Positions 54,389 to 64,000 of a DNA stretch of 64,000 bases are shown piece after piece. The position numbers and the translations under genes are program-made. Source of the DNA: a virus (Duplodnaviria; Heunggongvirae; Uroviricota; Caudoviricetes). Positions within the stretch are counted from its first letter, which is position 1, and each line of letters starts with the position of its first letter. Location: IMG/VR virus record IMGVR_UViG_3300032318_002198. The stretch is one strand, 5' to 3'. Below the pieces are notes generated by a model. The model ran no database searches. It was not told where the DNA came from and worked only from the letters and a program-made list of their open reading frames with translations.

Positions 54389-56074
54389 GTGTCAACACCA
54401 AATACAGCTAGTAATTTTATTAGTGCAATTAATCAATCTTATCCAACTGCCGGACAAGATAACAACAGTCAAGGTTTTAGAAATAACTTTAAAAACATCA
54501 AACAAGCATTATCATGGATCGATACTGACGTATATGACCTGCAACTCAATGGTGTGAAAAAGACAGAAAATAATAATTTTAATAACAATATAATAGAAAA
54601 AGCCACATTTAAAGATTGTGCCATTACAGTATTTGACGATAGTCAAACTGTACGAACAGGTGACGTAGTAGTTGATTACGAAAAAGGAAACTATCAAAAA
54701 TTCAAAGTTTCGGCAGGTCTACATACTTTTACATTTGTCAATTGGCCGGATTTTTCTAAATCGGGTAAACTCACATTATCTATTATAAGCGATAATACCG
54801 TAGGATCAACTGTTGATTTTGGTGCTGTTACTGTTAACAATTTAGGTACAACTTCTTTTCCTATGAATATATCGGGAACTTTTCCTAATGTATTTGAAGT
54901 ATGGAATGAAGGTGACGCCAATACGATATTTGTTTATGGATATGATCCTATAGGAAACGAATCATCTTTACCTCTTTCTATTGAATCATTGAGTATAGGA
55001 ACAAATACATATAGCACTGTTACTAATACATATGCAAAATATGCAACTTCAGTTAAAGCTAATAATAAAGCTGGCAATATTTCCTTAGTTCCAAATAAGA
55101 TCTTATGCACAGTAGCAAATGCAAGTTTGATAAATGTAGATCCAGGAACTCTTACTGCAACTGGTTTTAAAGTTAATAGTACCAACGGGTTAATGGTAAA
55201 TTCTACCTGTGATTTACCGTTATCAACTAATTTAACCAAATATAATGTAACTGCATTAACTGCTGATACTATCACAGTTACACCTCCTTTTGAAATTACA
55301 GCATTTAATATTGGTGATGTTATAACTTTTGTAAATCCAACATTTAATGATCAACCTACCGTTGTAACTTTTAAACCTACTGCTCAAACTACTACAACCT
55401 CAGTTCCAAATGATTTGAAAGGAACTGTATATGCTAGTAGTACCACTCTTTACATGTCTCATTCCGATTATCTTTATAATAAACAAGGATGGATTAAACT
55501 TAGTGCAGATCATGTACCAAAACAATTGGTCGATGGTAGCACCGCAGTTACTCAACCAAGCAATGATGACTCTACTAAAATTGCCACTACTGAATTTGTT
55601 AAAAATTCAGTAGATGCAGTATTTGCTGTACCAGCCGGCGGAATAATTTTATGGTCCGGATCCATTTCTAACATTCCTGCAGGATGGTCATTATGCAATG
55701 GAGCAAACGGCACTCCAGACTTAAGGGATCGATTTGTGGTCGGAGCAGGAAATACATATGCCGCCGGATCTTCAGGCGGCTCATTAACTACAGGAAATAG
55801 TGGTGATCATAATCACGGTGGAACAAATACTACCGAACTTACTGTATCAAATGCCGGATGGTCAACTGGAGGCGGTGCTCCTGGTACTATTACACAAGGA
55901 ACCTTACTAGCAGGGTCAGGCAACCTAGAAGTAAACGAGGTATTGGAATCTATCCGTGCAGCAAATTCTCCATTGTCGATCGGTTCACATTCACATAATA
56001 TTCCTAACTCCGGTAATCACAATCACTCTATACTACCACCATACTATGCGTTATGCTATATTATGAAATTATAA
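54389..56074 (+). CDS. Tail fibre / receptor-binding protein with C-terminal phage tail-collar domain
   Basis: IPAGWSLCNGANGTPDLRDRFVVGAG...GDHNHGG...GSHSHNIPNSGNHNHSILPPYYALCYIMKL fits the collar domain (PaGW.lCdG...PDLRgRF.vGaG...H.H...QPYl.lnYII). Confidence 0.75.
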   Translation: MSTPNTASNFISAINQSYPTAGQDNNSQGFRNNFKNIKQALSWIDTDVYDLQLNGVKKTENNNFNNNIIEKATFKDCAITVFDDSQTVRTGDVVVDYEKGNYQKFKVSAGLHTFTFVNWPDFSKSGKLTLSIISDNTVGSTVDFGAVTVNNLGTTSFPMNISGTFPNVFEVWNEGDANTIFVYGYDPIGNESSLPLSIESLSIGTNTYSTVTNTYAKYATSVKANNKAGNISLVPNKILCTVANASLINVDPGTLTATGFKVNSTNGLMVNSTCDLPLSTNLTKYNVTALTADTITVTPPFEITAFNIGDVITFVNPTFNDQPTVVTFKPTAQTTTTSVPNDLKGTVYASSTTLYMSHSDYLYNKQGWIKLSADHVPKQLVDGSTAVTQPSNDDSTKIATTEFVKNSVDAVFAVPAGGIILWSGSISNIPAGWSLCNGANGTPDLRDRFVVGAGNTYAAGSSGGSLTTGNSGDHNHGGTNTTELTVSNAGWSTGGGAPGTITQGTLLAGSGNLEVNEVLESIRAANSPLSIGSHSHNIPNSGNHNHSILPPYYALCYIMKL

Positions 56075-56077
56075 TTT

Positions 56078-56317
56078 ATGTACCATCCTTTAGTCGAAGA
56101 TACCAAAAATATAAAAGATAACGATTTAGAAAATCGTATATCAGATCTTAATCGGAAATATTACATAGCAGCAAGATCCGGTCAGGGCGGACTATGTGGA
56201 CAAATTCTAACTATTTTAGATATGTTAAAAGAAGAACAGCAATCTAGATATAAGAAGAATTTAGAAGGTTTGAACAAGAAAAATCAAGATCTAGATGATT
56301 TAATTAATGTCAAATAA
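56078..56317 (+). CDS. Hypothetical coiled-coil protein
   Basis: 79 aa. Confidence 0.4.
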   Translation: MYHPLVEDTKNIKDNDLENRISDLNRKYYIAARSGQGGLCGQILTILDMLKEEQQSRYKKNLEGLNKKNQDLDDLINVK

Positions 56318-56320
56318 CTG

Positions 56321-56896
56321 TTGATTTTACTATATCTTTATGGTATAATATCAACTATGCATATTGATATTTACGGCAGAGTAATTTTAACAGAATCTGA
56401 ACTTACAGAAGCATTATATACTCATGGTTTAAATAACCTTGGAGATGTTTTTATCGACGATCAAAAAATAGTCGATCAATATAATAAATCTAAGAAAATT
56501 AATTATGATTCTATCCCGGATTTAAAAATATCGAACGAATTAGATATATCTGTTGAAGATTATGATAAAATCAATCAATCACAATGGTTTATGCCCAAAG
56601 ATTATTGCCCAGATCTTGTAGCATTAATTTATGATCAATGTCAAACTGAAGAACAAAAATCTAGAGTTACACAAGAATTAGAATTGTTTATCAAACATAA
56701 TATGTTTGACTTGTTACATTATCTTAAATACTTAGTTGATACTATGAGACAACACAATATAGTTTGGGGAGTCGGAAGAGGATCCAGCGTATCAAGTTAT
56801 GTACTATATCTCATAGGCATTCACAAAATAGATTCGCTGAAATATAAATTGAACATAGAAGAATTTTTTAAAGAAGGAAATCAAAATGAAACATAG
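56321..56896 (+). CDS. Hypothetical protein (the start may be the internal Met at 56357)
   Basis: 191 aa. Confidence 0.45.
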   Translation: MILLYLYGIISTMHIDIYGRVILTESELTEALYTHGLNNLGDVFIDDQKIVDQYNKSKKINYDSIPDLKISNELDISVEDYDKINQSQWFMPKDYCPDLVALIYDQCQTEEQKSRVTQELELFIKHNMFDLLHYLKYLVDTMRQHNIVWGVGRGSSVSSYVLYLIGIHKIDSLKYKLNIEEFFKEGNQNET

Positions 56897-57086
56897 AACT
56901 ATGCAAGGTAGAGAGATTGATCTCGAAAAACTAATGCGCGAAAATGAACTAATGCCGGCTATTGGAAATATGCGTGTAAATGCACGTGGTGACGAATTAG
57001 GACCCGGTGGAAAGATTATTCGTAAAAAAGAAGAAATCATAAACGAATATTACGAAACTAATCCTAAAGCAAAACCAAAAACCTAA
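56886..57086 (+). CDS. Hypothetical protein
   Basis: 66 aa. Confidence 0.4.
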   Translation: MKHRTMQGREIDLEKLMRENELMPAIGNMRVNARGDELGPGGKIIRKKEEIINEYYETNPKAKPKT

Positions 57087-57097
57087 AAGAGGAAAAT

Positions 57098-57433
57098 ATG
57101 ACGAAAGTAATAGGAAAAATTGTTCCGTTGCGTGATAATGTATTAGTATCGGATATGGAATTTGGATCTGAGAAAACTAAATCTGGAATTATTGTTACCA
57201 GCGACAATGGTAAAACACAAGGCATTCATCCAAGATGGGGTAAAGTATGGGCAGTAGGCCCCGAACAAACTGATATTAAAGTAGGCGAATGGGTTTGTGT
57301 AGAGCACGGAAGATGGACTAGAACTGTTGAGGTAAAAACTGACGATGGTGTGATCGAATTACGAATGGTCGACACTAACGCTATCTTAATGACAGCCGAC
57401 GAAAAACCCCAAGATGTAATAAGAGCCGCTTGA
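57098..57433 (+). CDS. Co-chaperonin GroES-like (T4 gp31 functional analogue)
   Basis: IVPLRDNVLV...KSGIIV...VGEWVCV has the GroES pattern (PL.DRVlV...aGGIvL...GD.V). AGAGGAAAA RBS. Confidence 0.6.
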   Translation: MTKVIGKIVPLRDNVLVSDMEFGSEKTKSGIIVTSDNGKTQGIHPRWGKVWAVGPEQTDIKVGEWVCVEHGRWTRTVEVKTDDGVIELRMVDTNAILMTADEKPQDVIRAA

Positions 57434-57434
57434 C

Positions 57435-57674
57435 ATGGGATATCGCAAACCAATCAATCTAGTAGAAGTGTTAATACAGATTCGTGCAGCATCGTATGAA
57501 ACTTCTGATCCACGCACAGATAGTTGGGTCGCTTGGGGTTTAAAACAAGACTTATATGAAATTAAATGGGCACTCGACGAAGCAATTCGTCGGTGTCCTG
57601 CCTTTTCGCCCGAAGACGAATGGTTACATGAACAAGAAAAAAATCGTGTTATAAAAATTCTTAAAGAAAAATAA
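57435..57674 (+). CDS. Hypothetical protein
   Basis: 79 aa. Confidence 0.4.
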   Translation: MGYRKPINLVEVLIQIRAASYETSDPRTDSWVAWGLKQDLYEIKWALDEAIRRCPAFSPEDEWLHEQEKNRVIKILKEK

Positions 57675-57677
57675 TTT

Positions 57678-58151
57678 ATGATTTTTAATAAAGTTAAAGA
57701 ACTAAAAAAACAAGGACTTAAAATTGGAATAACTTTCTCGTCTTTTGATTTACTTCATGCCGGACACATTGCAATGTTATCAGAAGCTAAAAATCATTGC
57801 GATTATCTAATTGCAGCACTGCAAACAGATCCAACAATTGATCGACCTGATACTAAAAATAAACCAGTACAGACTATTGTAGAACGACAAATACAACTAG
57901 CAGCAACTCGCTACGTGGATGAAATAGTTGTTTATCAAACCGAAAAAGACCTCGAGGATTTATTGCTTATTTTGCCGGTAGATGTTAGAATATTAGGTAT
58001 AGAATATCAACATAATAACTTTACTGGACGGGCTATTTGCGAAAAACGCTGTATCGAACTAGTGTTTAATAGTCGCGATCATAGTTTTAGTTCAAGTAGT
58101 CTGCGTAAACGTGTTGCGGATTCAGAAAACGGAAAGGCAAAAGCAGAATGA
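57678..58151 (+). CDS. Cytidylyltransferase-like nucleotidyltransferase (RfaE-II/TagD-like)
   Basis: GITFSSFDLLHAGHIAML is the (H/T)xGH nucleotidyltransferase motif. 157 aa. Confidence 0.65.
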   Translation: MIFNKVKELKKQGLKIGITFSSFDLLHAGHIAMLSEAKNHCDYLIAALQTDPTIDRPDTKNKPVQTIVERQIQLAATRYVDEIVVYQTEKDLEDLLLILPVDVRILGIEYQHNNFTGRAICEKRCIELVFNSRDHSFSSSSLRKRVADSENGKAKAE

Positions 58152-58450
58152 TACAATATAGATTTCGTCGTTGGTTGAAAAATTGGCTAACCGCCGATCA
58201 GGACCTTGAAACAGCAGTAGTAACATCACGAAAAAATACTATTGGTAGTATTAGACCAAGCGAAGATCCAGATCACGAAAAATCTCTTAACTTTCGTGTA
58301 TGGTTTGCCAATGGCGGCCGTGTAATTCAAACTAGTCGGTATGATCGCATTAAGGATCGTACTTTAACATCTATGTATGTAATTACCGAATATCAAGATT
58401 TCGGTGAAGAAATCAATAAAATCATAACGATAGAGGGACTCCGTGGATAA
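58148..58450 (+). CDS. Hypothetical protein
   Basis: 100 aa. Confidence 0.4.
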   Translation: MIQYRFRRWLKNWLTADQDLETAVVTSRKNTIGSIRPSEDPDHEKSLNFRVWFANGGRVIQTSRYDRIKDRTLTSMYVITEYQDFGEEINKIITIEGLRG

Positions 58451-58572
58451 ATGTAATACTTGCCATAATCCGTATAGACCGGATTGTGATTGGAATCAAG
58501 GCAGATGTCCAAATCATCCTCCATTAATTAAGATTACAAAAATTATCAATTGGTTTAAAAAGAAGGAAAATA

Positions 58573-59502
58573 ATGGCAAAAGAACTGTGGGTTGAAAAAT
58601 TCCGACCCAAAACTGTAAATGAATATGTTTTTAAAGATTCTACACAAAAAAGACAGGTAGAATCGTGGATAAAAGAAAAAAGTATCCCTCATTTATTGCT
58701 TAGTGGTGTTGCAGGAATTGGTAAGACTACATTAGCAAAAGTTCTTATAAATGAACTCGGCATTGAACAATTTGATGTGTTAGAAATTAATGCATCACGA
58801 GAAAATAATGTAGACACTGTGCGAGATAAAATTATTAATTTTGTTCAAATGATTCCGTTTGGACCATTCAAGGTAGTATTATTAGACGAAGCAGATTTTC
58901 TTACGCCAAATGCGCAGGCAGTATTGCGAGGTGTTATGGAAACCTATAGCAATCATAGTAGATTTATTCTCACCTGCAACTATCCAACTAGAATCATTCC
59001 TGCTTTGCATAGTCGTTGTCAAGGCTTTCATATTGAAAAAACTGATCAAACCGAGTTTACAGCAAGAGCAGCAACTATCCTAGTAGAGGAAAATGTTGAA
59101 TTTGATTTAGATTTGTTAGATACATTTGTAAAAGCAACTTATCCGGATTTAAGAAAATGCATTAATGCATTACAACAAAATACCATGGATAACCAACTAA
59201 TTGCTCCTGTAAAAAATGATGTAGATGGCGGCGATTACAAAATAGAAATGGTTGAGTTGTTTAAAAAACGTCAAATAGACAATGCCCGGAAGTTGATATG
59301 TAAACATGCAAGACCCGAAGAAATCGTCGATATCTATACTTGGTTATATCAAAATGTAGACTTACTAGGTGACACTGATGAAAAGAAAGACAGTGCTATC
59401 TTAATTATTAAACAAGGTATTTGCGACCATACAATCTGTGCTGATTCTGAAATAAATCTGTCAGCAGTTATGATAAAACTTGCACGTAATTGTAAAGTGT
59501 AA
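58573..59502 (+). CDS. 44: Clamp-loader ATPase subunit (T4 gp44 / RFC small-subunit homologue)
   Basis: LWVEKFRP (RFC box II), LLLSGVAGIGKTT (Walker A), VVLLDEADFLT (Walker B/DEAD), SRC motif (HSRCQGF). Confidence 0.85.
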   Translation: MAKELWVEKFRPKTVNEYVFKDSTQKRQVESWIKEKSIPHLLLSGVAGIGKTTLAKVLINELGIEQFDVLEINASRENNVDTVRDKIINFVQMIPFGPFKVVLLDEADFLTPNAQAVLRGVMETYSNHSRFILTCNYPTRIIPALHSRCQGFHIEKTDQTEFTARAATILVEENVEFDLDLLDTFVKATYPDLRKCINALQQNTMDNQLIAPVKNDVDGGDYKIEMVELFKKRQIDNARKLICKHARPEEIVDIYTWLYQNVDLLGDTDEKKDSAILIIKQGICDHTICADSEINLSAVMIKLARNCKV

Positions 59503-59505
59503 GGT

Positions 59506-59543
59506 AAGTCAAACAGCCGATGGCAGGTTGTGCTGTTTGACTT
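59506..59543. terminator. 12-bp stem hairpin (AAGTCAAACAGC...GCTGTTTGACTT) between convergent gp44 and phoH; terminator-like but without a strong U-tract
   Basis: Perfect 12-bp inverted repeat with a 14-nt loop. Confidence 0.45.
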
Positions 59544-59550
59544 GATTTAC

Positions 59551-60303
59551 TTACTCTTCTTTATATATTTTTAGTATCTCTCTCACTACAGGATGTCTTT
59601 CGATATCCTTAGTTTCAAACTTTGCCATAGCAATCATACGATAATCACCTCCTTGGTCGTATAACTTGCAAAATTCTAGCAAGCCGTTTTCTTTAGGCCG
59701 GTCCGCCTGATTTAAATCCCCTGTTATTACCATTCTGCTACCGTCTCCTATACGAGTAAGTAGCATTTTCATTTGACTAGCTGTGGTATTTTGACATTCA
59801 TCTGCTATAACAAATGCATTTTTGAATGTTCTACCTCTCATCATAGCCAACGGACTAATCTCAATGACTCCATCTTCTAACATTCCTTGAATATCTTTGG
59901 GATGATAATATTCTTCGAATACATCAAAGATAGGCTTTGTCCATGGTTCCATTTTTTGATTTAATGTTCCTGGTAAAAATCCGTGTTCTTCATCAACACT
60001 TACTGCTGGTCTGGTAACTATAATTTTACCTATAGAGCCTTCTTTAAATAATTTTATTGCCATTTGTACAGCTAACATAGTTTTACCCGTGCCAGCTGGA
60101 CCTATAGCAAAAATAATATATTTTTTTGGATTTTTTAGTAACTCTAAGTAGTTTTCTTGACTTAGATTTCTAGGAATTATAGAAACTTCTTGTTTTCGTT
60201 TCAAATATGATTTGATTTGTATTAAATTACTTCCAACATCTCGTTGGAACCTCGGATCTTTTTCTGGGAAAAAGTCTCGTTCTCTTCTTTTGGTTCTAGG
60301 CAA
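59551..60303 (-). CDS. phoH: PhoH-like ATPase
   Basis: IFAIGPAGTGKTMLAV (Walker A)...VIADECQNTT...VITGDLNQADRP are the canonical PhoH blocks. Confidence 0.85.
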   Translation of the reverse strand: MPRTKRRERDFFPEKDPRFQRDVGSNLIQIKSYLKRKQEVSIIPRNLSQENYLELLKNPKKYIIFAIGPAGTGKTMLAVQMAIKLFKEGSIGKIIVTRPAVSVDEEHGFLPGTLNQKMEPWTKPIFDVFEEYYHPKDIQGMLEDGVIEISPLAMMRGRTFKNAFVIADECQNTTASQMKMLLTRIGDGSRMVITGDLNQADRPKENGLLEFCKLYDQGGDYRMIAMAKFETKDIERHPVVREILKIYKEE

Positions 60304-60431
60304 TTGTTATCCTCCTTGTAGAGATCAACCTGCAATTTTATTTAAATCTAATAGAAAAAAAACCCACTAAACAGGCCAAAAATTGACATCTTATAGTTAA
60401 TAGATAAATATCTGTATATAGAGAACCCATT

Positions 60432-60941
60432 ATGTACGATATATTAGATGTTATTAAAAACTTAAACAATTTGACTGAACATACTCCTGCTTTCAAAGTA
60501 ATTAAAGATTTTGAACGTGTGTTTGACGAATTAGATGTATATGTGTTTAAAAATTGGCTAGACGGCGAATTAGTCGAAGGACCAATTATTAATAGATATA
60601 CAGTAATATGTAAATTCATGTGGTCGCGATCTCAAATGCCTGATCCCAAGGGCGGTGAACGGTTGACCAAATATGACTGTGTCGTTAAATACGGCAAAAG
60701 TCATATTTTGAAACCAAGAAAAATTAAAGATCCCGACGATTTTAGACCAGGAACTAAAAAAGGCAAAATCGACGCCCACCCTGTTTGGATCGTTAGCGTC
60801 GAAATGCCTAAAAAACTCATGCAAGATGTTGCCGTTGGTAAAGATAATAAGATGAACAATAAACTTGCTGAACTAATGAAATATAGAAAAATCGATGTAG
60901 ACCCAGAAACAGCAGCACAGGAGACACCACCAAATGTCTAA
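60432..60941 (+). CDS. Hypothetical protein
   Basis: 169 aa. Confidence 0.45.
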   Translation: MYDILDVIKNLNNLTEHTPAFKVIKDFERVFDELDVYVFKNWLDGELVEGPIINRYTVICKFMWSRSQMPDPKGGERLTKYDCVVKYGKSHILKPRKIKDPDDFRPGTKKGKIDAHPVWIVSVEMPKKLMQDVAVGKDNKMNNKLAELMKYRKIDVDPETAAQETPPNV

Positions 60942-61683
60942 GGAACATATACTCAACGAAGATCTTAGAGAAAAAGACCTTAACGGCTTTATATCCGAAG
61001 TCGTTAGTGTTGATAGATTTAAAAGCAAAATGGGCGAGGATCAAGATATTATCGTCTTAAGTTTTAAAGTCAAAGAAAAATACCCTGCAATCGATCTTGT
61101 AGAATTTATTGAAAAAGGCTATGACTTCATTTTGGATGCCGATATGAGTGCCGGCGAAGAACACGACGGTCAATATCAGGTTTTTGTCGAAATGGAAAGA
61201 AATAATAAATTTCCGGGTCAACTAAAAGATCTATTACGTGGTATAGAACGATTAACTGACAACATCGATTGGAGACTACGCTATCAATCAGAACCTGCTA
61301 GCATAGAACTAAATTCTGATACAATACTTGAAAAAATTCCATTGACACCTGCCGATTACGAAAAATACATGTTCGAAAGAAAAACTAACGATTTAAAAGA
61401 ATTCTTCGATCAAGGATCAACTGATTTATCATTAGAAGAAAATAATACCATTACATTCTCCAAACCATTTAGCGGTACTGTATCAGCTAAATTTGTTTCT
61501 ATAGGAGATTACGACGATGTTGTAAAAACTGTTCCCGGCGCATTAGATATCAGTGAAAGCGGCCAAGGTGAAGTACTATTCTTAACTAAATTTCTCGGCA
61601 ATTACGATATAGATAAAATAGGAAATAAATTTCTAATCAGAAACGGCGATAAAGCCGTTGTTTTAGAAAAGGATAGAATCTAA
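60934..61683 (+). CDS. Hypothetical acidic protein
   Basis: 249 aa. Confidence 0.5.
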   Translation: MSKEHILNEDLREKDLNGFISEVVSVDRFKSKMGEDQDIIVLSFKVKEKYPAIDLVEFIEKGYDFILDADMSAGEEHDGQYQVFVEMERNNKFPGQLKDLLRGIERLTDNIDWRLRYQSEPASIELNSDTILEKIPLTPADYEKYMFERKTNDLKEFFDQGSTDLSLEENNTITFSKPFSGTVSAKFVSIGDYDDVVKTVPGALDISESGQGEVLFLTKFLGNYDIDKIGNKFLIRNGDKAVVLEKDRI

Positions 61684-62190
61684 ATGTGGCTGTTAAAGTT
61701 TATACCTGACTGGTTTTATTACTTTCTTGTATTTACTGGATTATTAGGGTATATAGGAAGTGTGATTTTAACATTCATGCCTGTTATAAACTTATATAAG
61801 TCAGTTATTAGAGTATGTTCTACTATATTGATAATTATTGGTATTTGGTTCATTGGTTTTAACACTGGTTTTAATAAAAACGAAGAAACTTGGCAAACTA
61901 AAATTAAAGTAGCTGAAGAAAAAATAAAAATCGCTGAGATTAAATCAACTGAAATAAACGATCAATTAAGAATTGCTGCCGAAGAAAATGAAAAATTAAG
62001 AAATCAAAAAAATAAAACTGTAATTCAATATATCGATAGTTGGGTTACTAAAGAAATTATAAAAAACGTCGAAGGGCCAGAACGGGTAAGAATAGAAAAA
62101 GTTATTGAATATATTGAAAGATGCCCTGTGCCTAAAGAGTTATTAGATGCTCACAACGCCGCTGCTAAAAACGAAGGGATGAAGAGATGA
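61684..62190 (+). CDS. Membrane protein with periplasmic coiled-coil; candidate i-spanin (Rz-like)
   Basis: N-terminal TM helices followed by a Lys/Glu coiled-coil. ATGA overlap with a downstream lipoprotein, next to the endolysin. Confidence 0.4.
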   Translation: MWLLKFIPDWFYYFLVFTGLLGYIGSVILTFMPVINLYKSVIRVCSTILIIIGIWFIGFNTGFNKNEETWQTKIKVAEEKIKIAEIKSTEINDQLRIAAEENEKLRNQKNKTVIQYIDSWVTKEIIKNVEGPERVRIEKVIEYIERCPVPKELLDAHNAAAKNEGMKR

Positions 62191-62468
62191 AATATTACAT
62201 TATTTGCCTTTCTCTTTTAGTTGCAGGTTGTGCAACCCCGGTTCCTATAACACCAAAGTTTCCAGAACCATATTCAATCGGTGTTCAAAAAGAAAAACCA
62301 AAATGTCAAGACCTTGCAATACAAGAAGGCGATGACATTCCGATTACAGATTTACTAAAAACAATAGTTAATAATTATAAATTGTATCATCAATGTGCTG
62401 ATTATGTTAATGGCTGGAATAAATGGTACGAACAACAACGAGAAAATTTTGAACAATTAAAAAAATAA
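62187..62468 (+). CDS. Outer-membrane lipoprotein; candidate o-spanin (Rz1-like)
   Basis: MKYYIICLSLLVAGC lipobox with a Pro-rich mature N-terminus (ATPVPITPKFPEP). Confidence 0.45.
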   Translation: MKYYIICLSLLVAGCATPVPITPKFPEPYSIGVQKEKPKCQDLAIQEGDDIPITDLLKTIVNNYKLYHQCADYVNGWNKWYEQQRENFEQLKK

Positions 62469-62477
62469 GGTTAACAC

Positions 62478-63104
62478 ATGTCTGAATTTATTTTAACAAA
62501 AGAACAACTAGAAAAACTAATGCCAGGTAATTCTTATATAAACGAATGGTATGAGGCTTTTTCACAAATGTTACCACAATATGATATCAATACTCCTGAA
62601 CGTATCGCTGCTTTTATTGCACAATGTGGGCACGAAAGTGGAGGATTTAAATTCTTGAAAGAAAATCTAAATTATAGAGCAGAAAGCCTTATGAGAACTT
62701 GGCCTTCGCGTTTTCCTACTTTAGATTTTGCACGTGAATATGCTCACAAACAAGAAAAAATAGCCAACTATGTATATGCAAATCGTATGGGGAATGGACC
62801 CGAAACTAGCGGCGATGGTTGGAACTTTTTAGGCAGGGGTCTAATTCAACTTACAGGCCGCAATAACTACGAAGCATTCGCTGAGAGTATAGAGACACCG
62901 GTAGAAGAAATTCCCGAATATTTAATGACTTTCGAAGGTGCAGTACAGAGCGCCTGTTGGTTTTTTGAAACCAACAATCTAAACAAATGGGCCGACGCAG
63001 GAGACATACTGACTCTTACAAAGAAAATCAATGGAGGAACCATTGGATTAGCCGATCGACAAAAACATTACGAACATGCATTACATGTTTTAGGAGTTGA
63101 TTAA
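62478..63104 (+). CDS. Glycoside hydrolase family 19 (chitinase-like) endolysin
   Basis: AAFIAQCGHESGGFKFLKENLNY...GDGWNFLGRGLIQLTGRNNY are the GH19 catalytic-region motifs. Confidence 0.8.
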   Translation: MSEFILTKEQLEKLMPGNSYINEWYEAFSQMLPQYDINTPERIAAFIAQCGHESGGFKFLKENLNYRAESLMRTWPSRFPTLDFAREYAHKQEKIANYVYANRMGNGPETSGDGWNFLGRGLIQLTGRNNYEAFAESIETPVEEIPEYLMTFEGAVQSACWFFETNNLNKWADAGDILTLTKKINGGTIGLADRQKHYEHALHVLGVD

Positions 63105-63129
63105 TAAAAAGTACTGCCAAGGATCAGAA

Positions 63130-63654
63130 ATGAAAAAAGATATTAAAAAAGGAGATGATTGGATCCAGAAAAAATGGAGACCGGCCATGGCTGTAATGTA
63201 TATGGTCGTTTGTACTTTTGATTTTATTCTATTTCCAATAATGTTTACAATAGTTCAGTTTTGGGAGGTTCAGGCAGTAAACGATGCATTTAGACAATGG
63301 CAACCTATCACATTATTAGGTGGCGGTTTATTTCATGTTGCAATGGGAGCAGTATTAGGAGTAACTGCTTGGAGCAGAGGACAAGAAAAAATTGCAGGAG
63401 CCTCAACAAATTTAGGAGTAACACAAATTGGATACCATACACCAACAAGCATGTCTGCAACACCTAGCCAAACTTCGTATGGCGGATTCGACAATACCGC
63501 CAACAATAATTTTTCAACACCAACATATTCATCAAATCAAACATACACAAGAAACACACCAAGAGGAACAGAAAATTATTCAGGATTTACAGAAGTGAGC
63601 ACTAGTGTTAACAGAAAAAAAGCACCTATACAACCTGACGATCCTGCTATCTAA
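63130..63654 (+). CDS. Two-TM membrane protein; candidate holin (track start 63097)
   Basis: Two hydrophobic helices (AMAVMYMVVCTFDFILFPIMF; TLLGGGLFHVAMGAVLGVTAW) immediately downstream of the endolysin. Confidence 0.4.
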   Translation: MKKDIKKGDDWIQKKWRPAMAVMYMVVCTFDFILFPIMFTIVQFWEVQAVNDAFRQWQPITLLGGGLFHVAMGAVLGVTAWSRGQEKIAGASTNLGVTQIGYHTPTSMSATPSQTSYGGFDNTANNNFSTPTYSSNQTYTRNTPRGTENYSGFTEVSTSVNRKKAPIQPDDPAI

Positions 63655-63663
63655 GGAGCAAAC

Positions 63664-63867
63664 ATGAAGTCATTTATATCATTATTAGTCATTATCGCAC
63701 TAGTTGGTACAGCATATGCCGAAGTCAAAGAAAAACAAATATGTAAAGATAAAAAAGATAAAGCAGGTAATGTAATTAAAGATAAACAAGGAAAATCTGT
63801 GCAAACTTGCAAAACTATTAAAGTTCGAAAAAAAGCAGAAGGTACAAAAATTCCTGAAAAAAAATAA
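63664..63867 (+). CDS. Small secreted Lys-rich protein (signal peptide)
   Basis: MKSFISLLVIIALVGTAYA signal peptide; AAGGAG RBS. Confidence 0.45.
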   Translation: MKSFISLLVIIALVGTAYAEVKEKQICKDKKDKAGNVIKDKQGKSVQTCKTIKVRKKAEGTKIPEKK

Positions 63868-63910
63868 TCTTGACAAATTGCTTGTAATAGGGTAAAATAA
63901 CAAACTTATT

Positions 63911-64000
63911 ATGAGTAATTTATATTCAATCCTCGGCGTCGACCGATCTGCAAGTGCAGAAGAAATAAAACATGCCTATCGAAAGCTGGCAGGAAAACAT
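63911..64000 (+). CDS. DnaJ J-domain protein (5' partial; continues beyond the window)
   Basis: MSNLYSILGVDRSASAEEIKHAYRKLAGKH is the J-domain opening (Y.iLGV...A...EIK.AYRKLA.K.HPD). Confidence 0.6.
   Translation, partial: MSNLYSILGVDRSASAEEIKHAYRKLAGKH

Noticed and set aside
60432-61683. Assigning the two genes after phoH as sliding clamp (gp45) or clamp-loader gp62 by T4 synteny
   Set aside because: No recognisable sequence similarity to gp45 or gp62 motifs from reading the translations. Left as hypothetical.

Overview
This is an AT-rich (roughly 35% GC), densely packed window, almost all on the + strand, with many ATGA/TAATG stop-start overlaps. It looks like a T4-like myovirus genome segment.

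The T4-like signatures are a clamp-loader gp44/RFC-small-subunit homologue (WVEKFRP motif), a GroES/gp31-like co-chaperonin, PhoH, MazG and a Seg-like GIY-YIG homing endonuclease. There are also collagen-like and collar-domain tail fibres, a spanin/GH19-endolysin/holin lysis cassette, and several perfect sigma70-like (T4 early-type) promoters.

Accessory content:
- An IS200/IS605 TnpB gene at the left edge.
- A Ro60 (TROVE+vWA) orthologue that appears split into two ORFs by an antisense GIY-YIG homing endonuclease gene. Immediately upstream, a consensus promoter drives a structured noncoding region that I propose is a Y-RNA-like ncRNA.
- A minus-strand glycan-biosynthesis island of about 9 kb (PAP2, GT4, RmlD/RmlC-like, epimerase, methyltransferases, GT2, WecB).
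- FolE, a QueD-like protein, dCMP deaminase, a polynucleotide-kinase kinase-domain protein, phosphoesterases, UvdE, a Fe/Mn-SOD-like protein and a Lar restriction-alleviation protein.

Two multigene families stand out. One is a tandem array of at least 16 small paralogues (34.0-38.9 kb) ending in F-L-L-R-W-S, whose last codons dual-encode the ribosome-binding site and start codon of the next member; two members are disrupted. The other is a dispersed 'MNERI...FAELIVxEC...FGVE' family of at least 8 copies with a conserved 14-26 nt 5' end, which looks like a set of recombination substrates.

All functional calls are inferred from motifs read directly in the translations; no database search was run.
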